In this document: in pieces, positions 37,964 through 48,508 of the stretch | Layout of the letters: every line of letters begins with the position of its first letter | Position numbering within the stretch: the stretch's first letter is position 1 | Origin: Escherichia phage vB_EcoM_F1 | Direction: 5' to 3' (one strand) | Sequence record: NC_054912.1 | DNA: 64,000 nucleotides | Position numbers and translations under genes: made by a program | Notes under the pieces: generated by a model | What the model was told of the DNA's origin: nothing | The model's input: the letters and a program-made list of their open reading frames with translations, nothing else | Database searches by the model: none

Positions 37964-38437
37964 TTATTTGATTTGTTTAGCAGACCAAATGCGGTCTTTA
38001 ATAATTTTTTGGATGTCTTCAACATACTCAAGAGAGTGAGCATGTGGGTTATCTTTGAAACTATAAGCACGAGCTAGTTTTTGGCCTTCAGTTTTGATTA
38101 CTAAAAGCTCTTTAAGGATAGCTTCATATTTGGAGATAATTCCTTTAACAATATTTTTCTCTTGTGCGACTTTAGGATCTGCTTTAGGAGCAGGTTTACC
38201 CGAAGCCTTTGCAAAAGCAGCGCCAGTAGCAACTAAACTTTTCCAGGCCATACTAACTGCATTTCCCGTAAATCCTTCCGCTTTCATGTCGCGTGCGAAC
38301 TGGAATCGTGATTCATCAGAAGCATCTTTGTAAGAATATTTACCCGCTGCAATGGCTGCTTTTGCGACAGCTTGAATTTCGGTGCTAGATGCTTCATTTA
38401 ACACCGCTTCATTTAAAAATTGAGTATATGATTTCAT
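37964..38437 (-). CDS. head internal protein (IP-type), second copy class
   Basis: 157 aa; N-terminal MKSYTQFLNE|A targeting sequence. Confidence 0.65.
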   Translation of the reverse strand: MKSYTQFLNEAVLNEASSTEIQAVAKAAIAAGKYSYKDASDESRFQFARDMKAEGFTGNAVSMAWKSLVATGAAFAKASGKPAPKADPKVAQEKNIVKGIISKYEAILKELLVIKTEGQKLARAYSFKDNPHAHSLEYVEDIQKIIKDRIWSAKQIK

Positions 38438-38478
38438 CTTATTTCCTGTTTTAATTCGTGGATTTAATATACTACTAT

Positions 38479-38486
38479 ATTTATAC
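38479..38486 (-). promoter_or_regulatory. late promoter (TATAAATA) for the IP gene
   Basis: Plus tatttata about 40 nt upstream of the IP start. Confidence 0.6.
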
Positions 38487-38518
38487 CAAAAAGCCCCAAC
38501 CTTTCGGTCGGGGCTAAG
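38484..38518 (-). terminator. terminator hairpin, copy 2 of the 35-bp direct repeat
   Basis: ataccaaaaagccccaacctttcgg... near-identical to copy 1. Confidence 0.6.
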
Positions 38519-38566
38519 CCTTGCGGCAACCTTGTCGGGGTTCCACCTGCTAAGGCAAGTGTTTGT

Positions 38567-38658
38567 ACGAAACGCCGGGATTCGAACCCGGTTATTAAGC
38601 AGTTGACGCTACTCAATATTTTTAAAAGGCCATATCTCGACCATATCCGAACGTTCCG
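38567..38658 (-). ncRNA. tRNA-like structured RNA candidate (possible stable RNA species)
   Basis: Canonical T-arm CCGGG-UUCGAAU-CCCGG with flanking 7-bp acceptor-like pairing (CGGAACG / CGUUUCG), but a 60-nt insert; no ORF in 38520-38824. Confidence 0.35.
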
Positions 38659-38824
38659 TCAAAAACGCTACTCGGCTTATGGCAAAGATATTTCCTCGAA
38701 TCGATAATTCGGTGCGCCGTTTCTGCTGTGATGTAAGAGGGCATCAATAAACGCAAAGATTATTAACGCAATTCCTTACTCAGGGAACATCAGTCCGACG
38801 ACTTACCGGTAGCGACCCGGTTTC

Positions 38825-39175
38825 TTAATATTCTTTTAAAGAATCAATATATTCACGGCGTTTACGCCACAAATCAATTGCTTCATACGCGGATTCAGCA
38901 TTTCGAATTGGTCGGCATTTATGTAAAGACTTATGATTTTGATATTTTGTAGATAATGGAATTTTATCTAAAAGGTCTTTACGTTCAAAGTATTCGTAAC
39001 CATCTAAGCCAAATGAACGATTTTTGAGAAATTGCCAATGACCAAATTCGTTTTGAATATAAATATAATCCGCATGTTGATAAAGTAAATTAATTTCACG
39101 AAATGAGATATGTTTTTCATATTCATTGAAGTAAAATGTTAAATCATGAACTACTAAATAAACATTACCTTTCAT
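38825..39175 (-). CDS. hypothetical protein
   Basis: About 116 aa from MKGNVYLVV with a GAGGAA RBS; the listed ORF start at 39223 would overlap tRNA-Arg. Confidence 0.5.
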   Translation of the reverse strand: MKGNVYLVVHDLTFYFNEYEKHISFREINLLYQHADYIYIQNEFGHWQFLKNRSFGLDGYEYFERKDLLDKIPLSTKYQNHKSLHKCRPIRNAESAYEAIDLWRKRREYIDSLKEY

Positions 39176-39193
39176 ATTTTCCTCACTTATAAT

Positions 39194-39270
<77 letters not shown>

Positions 39271-39273
39271 TAA

Positions 39274-39939
39274 TTAAAATTTCATTTTTCGACCTTTAAA
39301 CCATCCTTCTGGAATTGGGTCAGTTTTCTTAATACGTTTAGAAACTTTTTCATCTAATGAATGAATCCACATCATACCAAATTGGGAATTCTTTTCACCT
39401 TTCTGGTGATTATTTTTAGCGTGAATTTCTTTCATTTTATTAATAGTTTCAAGAGTATGATGCTTATTTAAAAATCTGCTATTATTTAAAAATTTTTCCC
39501 TGTATTCAGGAGTTGACCACAAGCGTTTAAATACATTTGAACCATGTTTACGATATTTTTCTTGAAGTAAAATATCATTTTTAAAACGTGACTTAAACGA
39601 TTTAGCTCCTTTTAAACTAGCGTCTTTCTTCTGGTTTAGCATCTCAGGAATATTTATATGATCCCATCCGCCTTCACCGCCAAGTTTTAAATTATACACA
39701 TCTGGTCTATTTAAAAACTCTTCTGTGACAATATTTTTCTCGGCTTCAAGCATAGATTCTTTATCATCAAAATATTCTAATATTTCTTTAGAAAAATTTT
39801 CTATACCATACCTGTCTTGGGCTCTTTTTAATAATTTACCAGAACCCATATATCCATCATCTAAATTTTCGGTAGAATGCACACCAATATAAATTTTATT
39901 ATTAATTTTATTTGTTATTTTATAAGTGTAATGGAACAT
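39274..39939 (-). CDS. segB: GIY-YIG homing endonuclease SegB
   Basis: 221 aa; YTYKITNKINNKIYIGVH GIY-YIG motif; sits inside the tRNA cluster as in T4. Confidence 0.85.
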   Translation of the reverse strand: MFHYTYKITNKINNKIYIGVHSTENLDDGYMGSGKLLKRAQDRYGIENFSKEILEYFDDKESMLEAEKNIVTEEFLNRPDVYNLKLGGEGGWDHINIPEMLNQKKDASLKGAKSFKSRFKNDILLQEKYRKHGSNVFKRLWSTPEYREKFLNNSRFLNKHHTLETINKMKEIHAKNNHQKGEKNSQFGMMWIHSLDEKVSKRIKKTDPIPEGWFKGRKMKF

Positions 39940-39980
39940 AAATATCTCCTATTTCTAAGAGTATTTATGTTCCCAAAATA

Positions 39981-40052
39981 TGGCCCTGGGTGGAATTGAA
40001 CCACCATCTGGCGATTATGAGTCGCTTGCTTGAACCTTCCAGCTACAGGGCC
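39981..40052 (-). tRNA. tRNA-Ile/Met type (anticodon CAU), no encoded CCA
   Basis: Manual cloverleaf; anticodon loop CUCAUAA; acceptor GGCCCUG/CAGGGCC. Confidence 0.8.
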
Positions 40053-40053
40053 T

Positions 40054-40129
40054 TGGTGCTGATTGACGGAATCGAACCGCCGACATCCTCATTACAAGTG
40101 AGGTGCTCTACCTACTGAGCTAAATCAGC
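40054..40129 (-). tRNA. tRNA-Thr (UGU), CCA encoded
   Basis: Anticodon loop CUUGUAA; 1 nt from the Ile-type tRNA (dimeric precursor arrangement). Confidence 0.85.
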
Positions 40130-40136
40130 GAAATTA

Positions 40137-40223
40137 CGGAGGCGATAGGATTTGAACCTATGAGTCGCCGGAGCGACTGCCGGTTTTCAAGACCGGTGCA
40201 TTAAACCACTCTGCCACGCCTCC
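40137..40223 (-). tRNA. tRNA-Ser (UGA), class II, no encoded CCA
   Basis: Long variable arm; anticodon loop CUUGAAA. Confidence 0.85.
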
Positions 40224-40225
40224 AG

Positions 40226-40299
40226 TCTCCGCGGCAGGATTTGAACCTACGACATTCTGCTCCCAAAGCAGACGCTCTACCAAACTGAGCTACACGGAG
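40226..40299 (-). tRNA. tRNA-Pro (UGG), no encoded CCA
   Basis: Anticodon loop UUUGGGA; 2 nt from tRNA-Ser. Confidence 0.85.
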
Positions 40300-40309
40300 T
40301 AAATTAAAT

Positions 40310-40383
<74 letters not shown>

Positions 40384-40388
40384 AAATT

Positions 40389-40475
40389 TGGTGCGAGAAG
40401 TGGGACTCGAACCCACAAGGAAATCATTCCGCAGCATTTTAAGTGCTGTGCCTTTACCAATTTGACCATTCTCGC
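40389..40475 (-). tRNA. tRNA-Leu (UAA), class II, CCA encoded
   Basis: Anticodon loop CUUAAAA; long variable arm. Confidence 0.85.
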
Positions 40476-40476
40476 G

Positions 40477-40549
40477 CTGGGAATAAAGGACTCGAACCTT
40501 TGCATCCTGGAATCAAAATCCAGTGCCTTACCAACTTGGCTAATTCCCA
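40477..40549 (-). tRNA. tRNA-Gln (UUG), no encoded CCA
   Basis: Anticodon loop UUUUGAU; 1 nt from tRNA-Leu. Confidence 0.85.
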
Positions 40550-40646
40550 ATTATTAACAAAGGCTCTTAAGCAAGAACCCTTGATGATAGAGGGTATTAA
40601 TCAGTGCGATATAAGTTAATAATAACAAATAATTCTTAAAGCATAT

Positions 40647-40934
40647 TTACCATTTATGATGATACATACTTACGATGCATTCAAGACCCAAAGGATTCTT
40701 GAAAATATCATATTCAAGAGGACCTTTTTCTGTTTCAATAAAGAAATCAAAATTTACTGTATTAAATTTACGGTCTTCCTTTACTAATTTAACCTGAGAA
40801 GATGAACGGTCAATGTAAACCTTTTCAACTTCAAAACACGTTAAAATGCCATAATCATCAATCAAGGCTTTGGCTGCTTCTTGATCATATTTATATCCAT
40901 TTTCAACGGATGATACTTTCGCATAAAGAATCAT
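40647..40934 (-). CDS. hypothetical protein
   Basis: 95-aa ORF. Confidence 0.5.
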   Translation of the reverse strand: MILYAKVSSVENGYKYDQEAAKALIDDYGILTCFEVEKVYIDRSSSQVKLVKEDRKFNTVNFDFFIETEKGPLEYDIFKNPLGLECIVSMYHHKW

Positions 40935-40936
40935 TA

Positions 40937-41326
40937 TCAGCCTTCATCAACAATAGTATGAGTGTGGGCATTTACAATTTGCCACCAATCAAAGCGATTA
41001 GAACCATACATCGGTTTGTTTTCATTTTCTTTGATAATATCACGGAGTTCATCTTCGGTAGCGGCTTTCGCGATTAAATCAGCATATCCACCACGAGGAT
41101 AATAATTATCACCTGCAAAAAGTAAAAAGTTTGGTTTAATATTATTAAACTCTTCAAGAGTAATAACTGTTCCACCAGGTTGAACAATATCTACATAACT
41201 ATATCCTAATTTTTGAGCAGCATCTACTGCTTCAAGCAGGGTATCATGAGCCCATCCAATTTGGCAATCTGGCTTTTCAGATGGATTAGCCTGATAATCC
41301 GCGTACACTTTATACATTCTATTCAC
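40937..41326 (-). CDS. hypothetical protein
   Basis: 129-aa ORF. Confidence 0.5.
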   Translation of the reverse strand: MNRMYKVYADYQANPSEKPDCQIGWAHDTLLEAVDAAQKLGYSYVDIVQPGGTVITLEEFNNIKPNFLLFAGDNYYPRGGYADLIAKAATEDELRDIIKENENKPMYGSNRFDWWQIVNAHTHTIVDEG

Positions 41327-41504
41327 CTTTAGAAATTTTATCCATAACGATAGCGATTAAACCAACTAAAAATGCTACTACAAGTGAAAAAACATTTTCT
41401 GCTGTAGTTAATAATCCGCATATAAATCCAACAAACATTGAAAAACTAAAAGCGGAAGCAGAAATTGCAATAGCAACATTTCGAATTAATTCACAACGTT
41501 TCAT
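41319..41504 (-). CDS. small membrane protein
   Basis: 61 aa, largely hydrophobic. Confidence 0.45.
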   Translation of the reverse strand: MKRCELIRNVAIAISASAFSFSMFVGFICGLLTTAENVFSLVVAFLVGLIAIVMDKISKGE

Positions 41505-41528
41505 TTTATTCTCCTCAGTAGTTGATAG

Positions 41529-41565
41529 GGTAATAGTATCACAACTAAAACCCTATGTAAACAAC
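41529..41565 (-). promoter_or_regulatory. T4-type early promoter
   Basis: ggtaatagtatcac ... tgtaaacaac module. Confidence 0.5.
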
Positions 41566-41579
41566 TTTGTGAAAATTTA

Positions 41580-41870
41580 TTACAAAAGATTTTTTGCAAT
41601 AATTTTAAGCTGAGCTACTGAAATATGCTTGGCTTTAAACAAAGCAGTTTCTTCAGCAGGGGAGATAACGATTGTAGCACCATCTTTCTTAGCGGACCAT
41701 CCATCACCCAGGTAAACAGTACCTTTGACTTCTTCGCCATCAACCAGACTAATCATTGGTTTACCTTCTCGTCCTTTATTTGCTTTAATAACTTCAGAAG
41801 TAAGAGTAGCTTCGGTAATAGTAGAAACCGGGGTAGTTGTAGTAGAAGTAAATTCTTTAAATGTTTTCAT
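41580..41870 (-). CDS. ipI: internal protein I (IPI), injected inhibitor of GmrSD-type restriction
   Basis: 96 aa; targeting sequence ends ...TITE|A, leaving a 76-aa mature part ATLTSEVIKANKGREGKPMISL... that matches IPI* as I recall it. Confidence 0.8.
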   Translation of the reverse strand: MKTFKEFTSTTTTPVSTITEATLTSEVIKANKGREGKPMISLVDGEEVKGTVYLGDGWSAKKDGATIVISPAEETALFKAKHISVAQLKIIAKNLL

Positions 41871-41896
41871 TTTATTTTCCTAATTAATTTTGATGA

Positions 41897-41930
41897 GGTA
41901 ATAGTATCACTACCTCATCAGCATGTAAAC
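41897..41930 (-). promoter_or_regulatory. T4-type early promoter upstream of ipI
   Basis: ggtaatagtatcac ... tgtaaac module. Confidence 0.5.
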
Positions 41931-41942
41931 AACTTTGTGAAA

Positions 41943-42639
<697 letters not shown>

Positions 42640-42640
<1 letters not shown>

Positions 42641-43365
42641 TATAGTACCTTTAGTGTATTTTTAATTTTAGAAAAAAGTTCTTCAAGAGAACCATCGTTT
42701 GTAATTACTAAATCGCCATCACGAATTGGCAATCCAGCTTCTGTAATATGTGTATCATTGGATTTTTGACCAGGACGAACTACATGAATTACTGTAGCAC
42801 CCATCGCCCTAGCCGCATCCATTTCATGATCTTGACGAGTATCAGGAACGATATAATAATCATAACCTGAGTTAAATTTATCAAGATAATCTAAAGCAAA
42901 TAATTTTACCCAGTACATGCGATCGAAGTTATTAACAATCAAATCCGTACCTAGGGCTTGCATCAGACGACGGACTGACCATTGATCTTCAATATTATTT
43001 ATAACGTCAATAATCTTGTTAAATGCTACGGAATTAACTGATTCTTGTCCTTCGTCATCAAAAACAAACACACCTTTAATTGGGCTTTTACCATTAAGAT
43101 AGCAAAATGCTTGTTCCATAATCGTGATTACTTCTGATTTAGTCAGATTTAAATTAGTCTCACGATCATAGTCAATTCCTTCAAACTCTTTACGAGTTAA
43201 GCAAGGATAGTAAGTGTTTTCTGCAAATACGCCCCATGCATAAGCCAATGCATCCTTAATAGGACCAGCAAGTTGGTATTTAACTGCAGAATAATTGCTC
43301 ATGATAAAATCAGCAGTAGTATCTTTTCCACTACGCTTTACACCGCTTAAAAAGACTAGTTTCAT
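42640..43365 (-). CDS. 1: deoxynucleoside monophosphate kinase gp1
   Basis: 241 aa; P-loop GVKRSGKDT. Confidence 0.93.
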
Positions 43366-43414
43366 GTGTTTCTCCTCAAATTTAATTAAGATTATAACAC
43401 ATAAAACTGAAGCA

Positions 43415-43945
43415 TTAAACTTCTGCTATAATTTTACCATCTTTTTCTACTTGAAAATACGTATAAGGAATCGTTGCTGTACATACTAAAGCCGGGTCTG
43501 AATCTTCTGTGTAGCTAAATTCTACTTCAGACAGGTCAGAAACCCAAGGCTTATAAAAATTTATTGACATCACGATTTCAGTTTTGCTATTATCTAAGAT
43601 GTAAAGCGTAATGTACTCAGGACCTGTTTTTTGGGCAGTATTTTCACCTGTAAGATAGTTGCTAGTTCCTAGCATCCATTCATACATTCCTATCCACGAC
43701 TTAAGTTCTTCATCAACTATAAATCTCACAATGAGTGGATCGTACTCAAATGTAACTCCTGGACGCTGTGCTCGGCCTAGTCCAAACGGCCCAGTCACGG
43801 TATCAGTAACAGGTATTCTAATTCCTGGAATAGGAACTGACTGAGCATTTAAAGTAAAAGCAGATGTAGTATTACTATGTGGTATTGATACTACAAAGTT
43901 AGTTGTATTTGCTTGGTTAAAAATTTGTTGCAGAGCTTGCGACAT
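43415..43945 (-). CDS. 3: tail completion / sheath stabiliser gp3
   Basis: 176 aa from MSQALQQIF; the listed ORF extends to 44026. Confidence 0.85.
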   Translation of the reverse strand: MSQALQQIFNQANTTNFVVSIPHSNTTSAFTLNAQSVPIPGIRIPVTDTVTGPFGLGRAQRPGVTFEYDPLIVRFIVDEELKSWIGMYEWMLGTSNYLTGENTAQKTGPEYITLYILDNSKTEIVMSINFYKPWVSDLSEVEFSYTEDSDPALVCTATIPYTYFQVEKDGKIIAEV

Positions 43946-44051
43946 ATATTCCTCATAATGCTTTATAACTGTTGGTGGTATAATGGGTCTAAGTCCCTTC
44001 CATTCAATTCCATTTAGAACAAACAACAGAAAAGAATGGAAGATAATAGAA

Positions 44052-44876
44052 TTAGATATTTGACCAGACTTTGTTTGCAGAGAAACGTTTTCCTTTTGAA
44101 ACGAACTGCTGAAGTGGCATCAACACAACGTTCGCCCAGTCTTTCGGGGCGATTTCAACAAGGCTACCCATAATATTACCAGGTATATATGCCTTAATCA
44201 TTTGGTCTGCACCCCTAAATCCTTTCACTTGACTCCAATCAATTTTTAATTTCGTTTTATTAGTAATAGTAGGTGTATTTGCATATTGCTTTAAAAGCTC
44301 TTCTAGGAATTGCTGACGAGCTTTAGGTGGAATATAGTGCAAGTTTAATCCGTACATTAAATTATGCTTACCTAAACCAAGGTAAATTATCAAAGGAAAT
44401 TTATCCCAGTAAGGAAGAGTTTCCTTGTGTTTAGCATCATAAGCAAAAGCATATATTCGTCCCGGCTGCGGGCGAACAACTTTATGTCCTTTTACTTGCT
44501 TAATAGTTTCAGCAAACCACTTTCTGGTTTTATTATTAATTGCTGCGCCTTCATTACGAATTTTATCACGCAATGTTTGTCTGAATGAATTTATCATAAG
44601 CAATTGTCTTTCTTGCTTATTGAGTTTATTCATCGGTTTTGATTCAAGCTTTTGAATCTTTTCAGCCGTTTTAATTCCTGAAGCATATTTTGACATTGCT
44701 GAAGTAAACGTAGAGTATTTGATTCCTCTTTCTTCAGCAAATTGCTTTCCTGTCATTCCTTTTGCTTTGGCCTTTTTATATTCAAGACCTATCTGAATCC
44801 ATTTCTTTTCGTTTAATGATTGCTTAACCTTTGGAACTTGGGGAGTGCTTTCATTAATTATTTGAAAAATAGCCAT
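44052..44876 (-). CDS. 2: DNA end protector gp2
   Basis: 274 aa; matches T4 gp2. Confidence 0.88.
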
Positions 44877-45328
44877 TATGCCCCCTTAAAGCCAAGAGCT
44901 CGTAATCCATCTTCTGTTAAAATTCTAAATTTTATTCCACGCTTTTCAGCTAAAGATTGTGCTGCTTTCCATTTGTCGGTGTTAACAGACCAGGTATAAA
45001 TTTCATTCATAAATCTTTTCTTCGCTGCGGTTGTTAGATGCGCCGGTTTAACTGGTGGTTGTGTTTCTTTTTTAGGTTTTATTTCAATAAAAAATTCTTG
45101 TCCAGAAGAATCTTTCATCCAAATATCCATGAAGTATCTACGTTTTTTCCCTTCTGCATTACAAAAATAAGGAATTACTGCTGTTTCACTACCCCATGCA
45201 ATAATTTCTGGATTTTTATCTAACCATTCAAAAAAGAATTTTTCCCAATTTGATCTATACGTAATTTTTTTAGGGTCACCTCTATACTTTGATATATTTT
45301 TAGGAACCCATTTTCCAGAATATGCCAT
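44876..45328 (-). CDS. 4: head completion protein gp4
   Basis: 150 aa; matches T4 gp4. Confidence 0.88.
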
Positions 45329-45339
45329 TGGATTCTCCT

Positions 45340-45347
45340 TATAAATA
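45340..45347 (+). promoter_or_regulatory. late promoter (TATAAATA) for gene 53
   Basis: Exact TATAAATA 29 nt upstream of the gene 53 ATG. Confidence 0.7.
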
Positions 45348-45353
45348 GATAAT

Positions 45354-45361
45354 ATATTTAT
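45354..45361 (-). promoter_or_regulatory. late promoter (TATAAATA) for gene 4, divergent from the gene 53 promoter
   Basis: Plus tatttata 26 nt upstream of the gene 4 start. Confidence 0.65.
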
Positions 45362-45375
45362 AAACAGGAGGGCCC

Positions 45376-45966
45376 ATGCTCTTTACATTTTTTGATCCGA
45401 TTGAATATGCGGCCAAAACGGTGAATAAAAACGCGCCGACTATTCCTATGACAGATATTTTTAGAAACTATAAAGACTATTTTAAACGCGCTCTTGCGGG
45501 ATACCGCTTACGTACTTATTATATCAAAGGTTCACCACGCCCGGAAGAATTAGCAAATACTATATATGGAAATCCACAGTTGTATTGGGTTTTATTGATG
45601 TGTAATGATAATTATGACCCGTATTATGGATGGATTACTTCACAAGAAGCAGCTTATCAAGCATCTATACAAAAATACAAAAATGTAGGTGGAGACCAAA
45701 TAGTATATCATGTGAATGAGAACGGTGAAAAATTTTATAATTTAATATCATACGATGATAATCCATATGTTTGGTATGATAAAGGTGATAAAGCTAGAAA
45801 ATATCCTCAATATGAAGGAGCACTTGCTGCTGTTAATACGTATGAAGATGCTGTTCTTGAAAATGAAAAACTTCGTCAAATAAAAATAATAGCAAAATCA
45901 GACATTAATTCATTTATGAACGACCTTATACGTATAATGGAGAAATCTTATGGAAATGATAAGTAA
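45376..45966 (+). CDS. 53: baseplate wedge protein gp53
   Basis: 196 aa; matches T4 gp53. Confidence 0.9.
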   Translation: MLFTFFDPIEYAAKTVNKNAPTIPMTDIFRNYKDYFKRALAGYRLRTYYIKGSPRPEELANTIYGNPQLYWVLLMCNDNYDPYYGWITSQEAAYQASIQKYKNVGGDQIVYHVNENGEKFYNLISYDDNPYVWYDKGDKARKYPQYEGALAAVNTYEDAVLENEKLRQIKIIAKSDINSFMNDLIRIMEKSYGNDK

Positions 45967-47677
45967 TAACCTTAATTGGTTTGTTGGTGTTGTTGAAGAT
46001 AGAATGGACCCATTAAAATTAGGTCGTGTTCGTGTTCGTGTGGTTGGTCTGCATCCACCTCAAAGAGCACAAGGCGATGTAATGGGTATTCCAACTGAAA
46101 AATTACCATGGATGTCAGTTATTCAACCTATAACTTCTGCAGCAATGTCTGGAATTGGAGGTTCTGTTACTGGACCGGTAGAAGGAACTAGAGTTTATGG
46201 TCATTTTTTAGACAAATGGAAAACTAACGGAATTGTCCTTGGCACGTATGGTGGAATAGTTCGCGAAAAACCGAATAGACTTGAAGGATTTTCTGACCCA
46301 ACTGGGCAATATCCTAGACGTTTAGGAAATGATACTAATGTATTAAACCAAGGCGGAGAAGTAGGATATGATTCGTCTTCTAATATTATCCAAGATAGTA
46401 ACTTAGACACTGCAATAAATCCCGATGATAGACCACTATCAGAGATTCCAACCGATGATAATCCAAATATGTCAATGGCTGAAATGCTTCGCCGTGATGA
46501 AGGATTAAGATTAAAAGTTTATTGGGATACCGAAGGATATCCGACAATTGGTATTGGTCATCTTATCATGAAGCAGCCAGTTCGTGATATGGCTCAAATT
46601 AATAAAGTTTTATCAAAACAAGTTGGTCGTGAAATTACTGGAAACCCAGGTTCTATTACGATGGAAGAGGCGACGACTTTATTTGAACGTGATTTGGCTG
46701 ATATGCAACGGGACATTAAATCACATTCTAAAGTAGGACCAGTCTGGCAAGCTGTCAACCGTTCTCGTCAAATGGCGTTAGAAAATATGGCATTTCAGAT
46801 GGGTGTTGGTGGTGTAGCTAAATTTAACACAATGTTAACTGCTATGTTAGCAGGAGATTGGGAAAAAGCGTATAAAGCCGGTCGTGATTCATTATGGTAT
46901 CAACAAACAAAAGGCCGTGCATCCCGTGTTACCATGATTATTCTTACGGGAAATTTAGAATCATATGGCGTTGAAGTGAAAACCCCAGCTAGGTCTCTAT
47001 CAGCAATGGCTGCTACTGTAGCTAAATCTTCTGACCCTGCTGACCCTCCTATTCCAAATGACTCGAGAATTTTATTCAAAGAACCAGTTTCTTCATATAA
47101 AGGTGAATATCCTTATGTGCATACAATGGAAACTGAAAGTGGACATATTCAGGAATTTGATGATACCCCTGGGCAAGAACGATACAGATTAGTTCATCCA
47201 ACTGGAACTTATGAAGAAGTATCACCGTCAGGAAGAAGAACAAGAAAAACTGTTGATAATTTGTATGATATAACCAACGCTGATGGTAATTTTTTGGTAG
47301 CCGGTGATAAAAAGACTAACGTCGGTGGATCAGAAATTTATTACAACATGGATAATCGTCTTCACCAGATAGATGGAAGCAATACAATATTTGTACGTGG
47401 CGACGAAACGAAAACTGTTGAAGGCAATGGAACTATCCTAGTTAAAGGTAATGTTACTATTGTAGTTGAAGGTAATGCTGACATTACAGTTAAAGGAGAT
47501 GCTACCACTTTAGTTGAAGGAAATCAAACTAACACAGTAAATGGAAATCTTTCTTGGAAAGTTGCTGGGACAGTTGATTGGGACGTTGGTGGTGATTGGA
47601 CAGAAAAAATGGCATCTATGAGTTCTATTTCATCTGGTCAATACACAATTGATGGATCGAGGATTGACATTGGCTAA
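45950..47677 (+). CDS. 5: baseplate hub and tail lysozyme gp5
   Basis: 575 aa; internal T4-lysozyme-like domain (MAEMLRRDEGLRLKVYWDTEGYPTIGIGHL) and C-terminal VxGxxxxx beta-helix repeats. Confidence 0.95.
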   Translation: MEMISNNLNWFVGVVEDRMDPLKLGRVRVRVVGLHPPQRAQGDVMGIPTEKLPWMSVIQPITSAAMSGIGGSVTGPVEGTRVYGHFLDKWKTNGIVLGTYGGIVREKPNRLEGFSDPTGQYPRRLGNDTNVLNQGGEVGYDSSSNIIQDSNLDTAINPDDRPLSEIPTDDNPNMSMAEMLRRDEGLRLKVYWDTEGYPTIGIGHLIMKQPVRDMAQINKVLSKQVGREITGNPGSITMEEATTLFERDLADMQRDIKSHSKVGPVWQAVNRSRQMALENMAFQMGVGGVAKFNTMLTAMLAGDWEKAYKAGRDSLWYQQTKGRASRVTMIILTGNLESYGVEVKTPARSLSAMAATVAKSSDPADPPIPNDSRILFKEPVSSYKGEYPYVHTMETESGHIQEFDDTPGQERYRLVHPTGTYEEVSPSGRRTRKTVDNLYDITNADGNFLVAGDKKTNVGGSEIYYNMDNRLHQIDGSNTIFVRGDETKTVEGNGTILVKGNVTIVVEGNADITVKGDATTLVEGNQTNTVNGNLSWKVAGTVDWDVGGDWTEKMASMSSISSGQYTIDGSRIDIG

Positions 47678-47711
47678 TATACTTCCAATGAGCGCTGATT
47701 TAGGAGAATCC

Positions 47712-48206
47712 ATGGAAGGTTCTTCTATCGACGTCACCTTTACCGCTCAATTAGAAACAGGTGAAACGTTAGTATCTATAAATATAACTAGTTACGAAGA
47801 AACTCCTGGGGTTTTAGTAGAAGAAAATCGCTTATACGGAACATATGAATCTGTGTTTGGATTTGGAAATGACGCGTTGAAATATCGTTTAGGCGATGAA
47901 TTTAAAACTGCTGCTTCATGGGAAGAACTTCCTACTGATTCTGATACTCAGTTGTATTTATGGAAAGCTCCTCAAAACCTCCAGAAGACATTCACTTACG
48001 AAGTAACATTAATATATGACTACCAAGAACAAAGTGAATCTGGAGGTTCTGGCAGTAATTCTAGGTCATCTTCTGATACTACTGAACCGACAGATCCTCC
48101 TGCTCCAGTAAGAAAAACTCTCGTTAAAAATTATACTAAAACTATAGTTGGAAATTGGAGTCGTTGGGCTAATAAATTAAGAAGCTATGTGTATGAGAGG
48201 TCATAG
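47712..48206 (+). CDS. 5.1: gp5.1-like protein
   Basis: About 164 aa from [10 protein letters not shown] with an AGGAGAA RBS; the listed ORF starts inside gene 5. Confidence 0.7.
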
Positions 48207-48500
48207 ATGTCAGGATTAAGTTATGATAAGTGTGTTACTGCCGGCCATGAAGCATGGCCTCCAACAGTTGTGAATGCTACACAAAGTAAAGTATTCACTG
48301 GAGGAATTGCTGTTCTCGTAGCAGGTGATCCAATTACAGAACATACAGAAATTAAAAAGCCATATGAAACACATGGCGGAGTGACACAACCTAGAACTTC
48401 TAAGGTATATGTCACTGGAAAGAAAGCGGTTCAAATGGCTGATCCAATATCATGCGGTGATACTGTGGCTCAGGCATCATCTAAAGTATTCATTAAATAG
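48207..48500 (+). CDS. 5.4: PAAR-repeat spike-tip protein gp5.4
   Basis: 97 aa; matches T4 gp5.4. Confidence 0.85.
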
Positions 48501-48508
48501 GATTTAAA

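Noticed and set aside
38520-38824. Full tRNA gene in the ORF-free stretch
   Set aside because: Only the T-arm and an acceptor-like pairing are present; the intervening 60 nt cannot form standard D and anticodon arms. Kept as a tRNA-like candidate only.
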